Positions 37,786 to 38,741 of a DNA stretch of 38,741 bases are shown one piece after another. The notes beneath the pieces were generated by a model. The model did not search any database. It had not been told where the DNA came from and saw only the letters and a program-made list of their open reading frames with translations. The position numbers and the translations under genes are program-made. How positions within the stretch are numbered: position 1 is the first letter of the stretch; each line of letters begins with the position of its first letter. Source of the DNA: an uncultured Deferribacteres bacterium (GTDB taxonomy: Bacteria; Zhuqueibacterota; Zhuqueibacteria; Zhuqueibacterales; Geothermadaptataceae); contig CAXHAT010000063.1 of NCBI GenBank assembly GCA_964014485.1, forward strand, positions 1-38,741, given 5' to 3'.

Positions 37786-38741
37786 ATGAAAACCTCAAAT
37801 GAACCTGCGGCGAAGTTCAGCCTGCGCGAAGACTTCGCGCCGCACAGCTACGAAGCCTGGCGCGCCGCCGCCGAGAAGCTTTTGAAAGGCGCTTCTTTTG
37901 AAGATGTGTTGAAAACGCAAACCTACGAAGATTTGACCTTGTCGCCAATTTATTGGCCGCCTGAATCGTTGGAAGGTTTGCCGCAGTCCTTGCGCTCCGA
38001 GCGCGGCAATCGCTGGGATGTCACACAGGAGATTTTTGCTTCTGATCCAGCGGCGTTCAATCGCGAATTGCGCGACAATCTCAAGAAAGGGCAGACGGCG
38101 GTAAGACTGGATTTGTCGCGGGGACAGCAGTCTCCGAAGATTGAGTCCGCCGAAGATTTCGCCGTGATTTTTGAAAGCGTTGATTTGACGCAAACGCCGT
38201 TTTTTTTGCATTCCGGAAATTCAAACGCTGAGTGTGGCGAGTTCTTCAAAACGTTTTGCGCCGCCAAGAATATCGAAACGAAAAAACTCACTGGCGCATT
38301 ATCGGCAGATCCGCTTGGCGAGCTGGCGAAAAGCGGCGCTCTGCCGAAAACACTAGCAAATATTTTTGATGAAATTGCGAAATTCACTCGCTGGTCAACG
38401 ATGAATGCACCCGGCCTAAAAACGCTCCTGGTCAACGCAAGCTCTTATCACAAGGCCGGAGCAGACGCAGTGACAGAGCTCGCCGTTGCAATGGCGACGG
38501 CGGCGATTTATGTGCGCGAAATGTTGCAACGCGATTTTGAGATCGACGAAATCGCGCCGAAAATAATGTTCCAATTTTCCGTCGGCGGGCATTTTTTTGT
38601 GGAGATCGCGAAACTGCGTGCGGCGAAAGTTTTGTGGCACAAAATCGTTGAAGCATTTGGCGGAGAGGGTGGGGAAGATATTTTTATTCACGCAGAAACA
38701 TCGCAAATCAACAAATCTTTTCTTGATCCGCACGTGATCAT
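37786..38741 (+). CDS. Methylmalonyl-CoA mutase family protein (likely small/beta subunit), truncated by window end
   Basis: Own translation, absent from the ORF track: MKTSNEP..EAWRAAAEKLLKG..TYEDLTLSPIY..YHKAGADAVTELA..FFVEIAKLRAAKVLW..IHAETS; frame open to the edge. Confidence 0.88.
   Translation, partial: MKTSNEPAAKFSLREDFAPHSYEAWRAAAEKLLKGASFEDVLKTQTYEDLTLSPIYWPPESLEGLPQSLRSERGNRWDVTQEIFASDPAAFNRELRDNLKKGQTAVRLDLSRGQQSPKIESAEDFAVIFESVDLTQTPFFLHSGNSNAECGEFFKTFCAAKNIETKKLTGALSADPLGELAKSGALPKTLANIFDEIAKFTRWSTMNAPGLKTLLVNASSYHKAGADAVTELAVAMATAAIYVREMLQRDFEIDEIAPKIMFQFSVGGHFFVEIAKLRAAKVLWHKIVEAFGGEGGEDIFIHAETSQINKSFLDPHVI

Overview
Bacterial chromosomal window of moderate GC, mostly core genes. 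The rho-rpmE2-prfA-prmC order, TonB receptor and SPOR/amidase set suggest a diderm, possibly FCB/KSB1-like organism (inference only). Core genes: rnr, PMM/PGM, prmC, prfA, type-B L31, rho, sugar ABC ATPase, folC, htpG, fdhD, moeA, a cyclophilin, a muramoyl amidase and a methylmalonyl-CoA mutase-family gene cut by the right edge. Points of interest: (1) an ABC-2 exporter permease fused through an extra TM helix to an intact amidohydrolase, next to its ABC ATPase; (2) an effector-less STAND-type NTPase and a repeat-shuffled TPR protein that are one G away from being a single 1023-aa gene; (3) three MITE-like elements with CTGATGTTACGCG ends and 7-bp target duplications, each with different palindromic cargo; (4) a second palindromic element inserted in frame in the amidase gene, another copy of which supplies the moeA ATG; (5) a VapBC-like pair whose toxin start is out of frame; (6) a sigma-54 promoter ahead of an orphan TonB-dependent receptor. 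No rRNA, tRNA, CRISPR array or transposase was seen.
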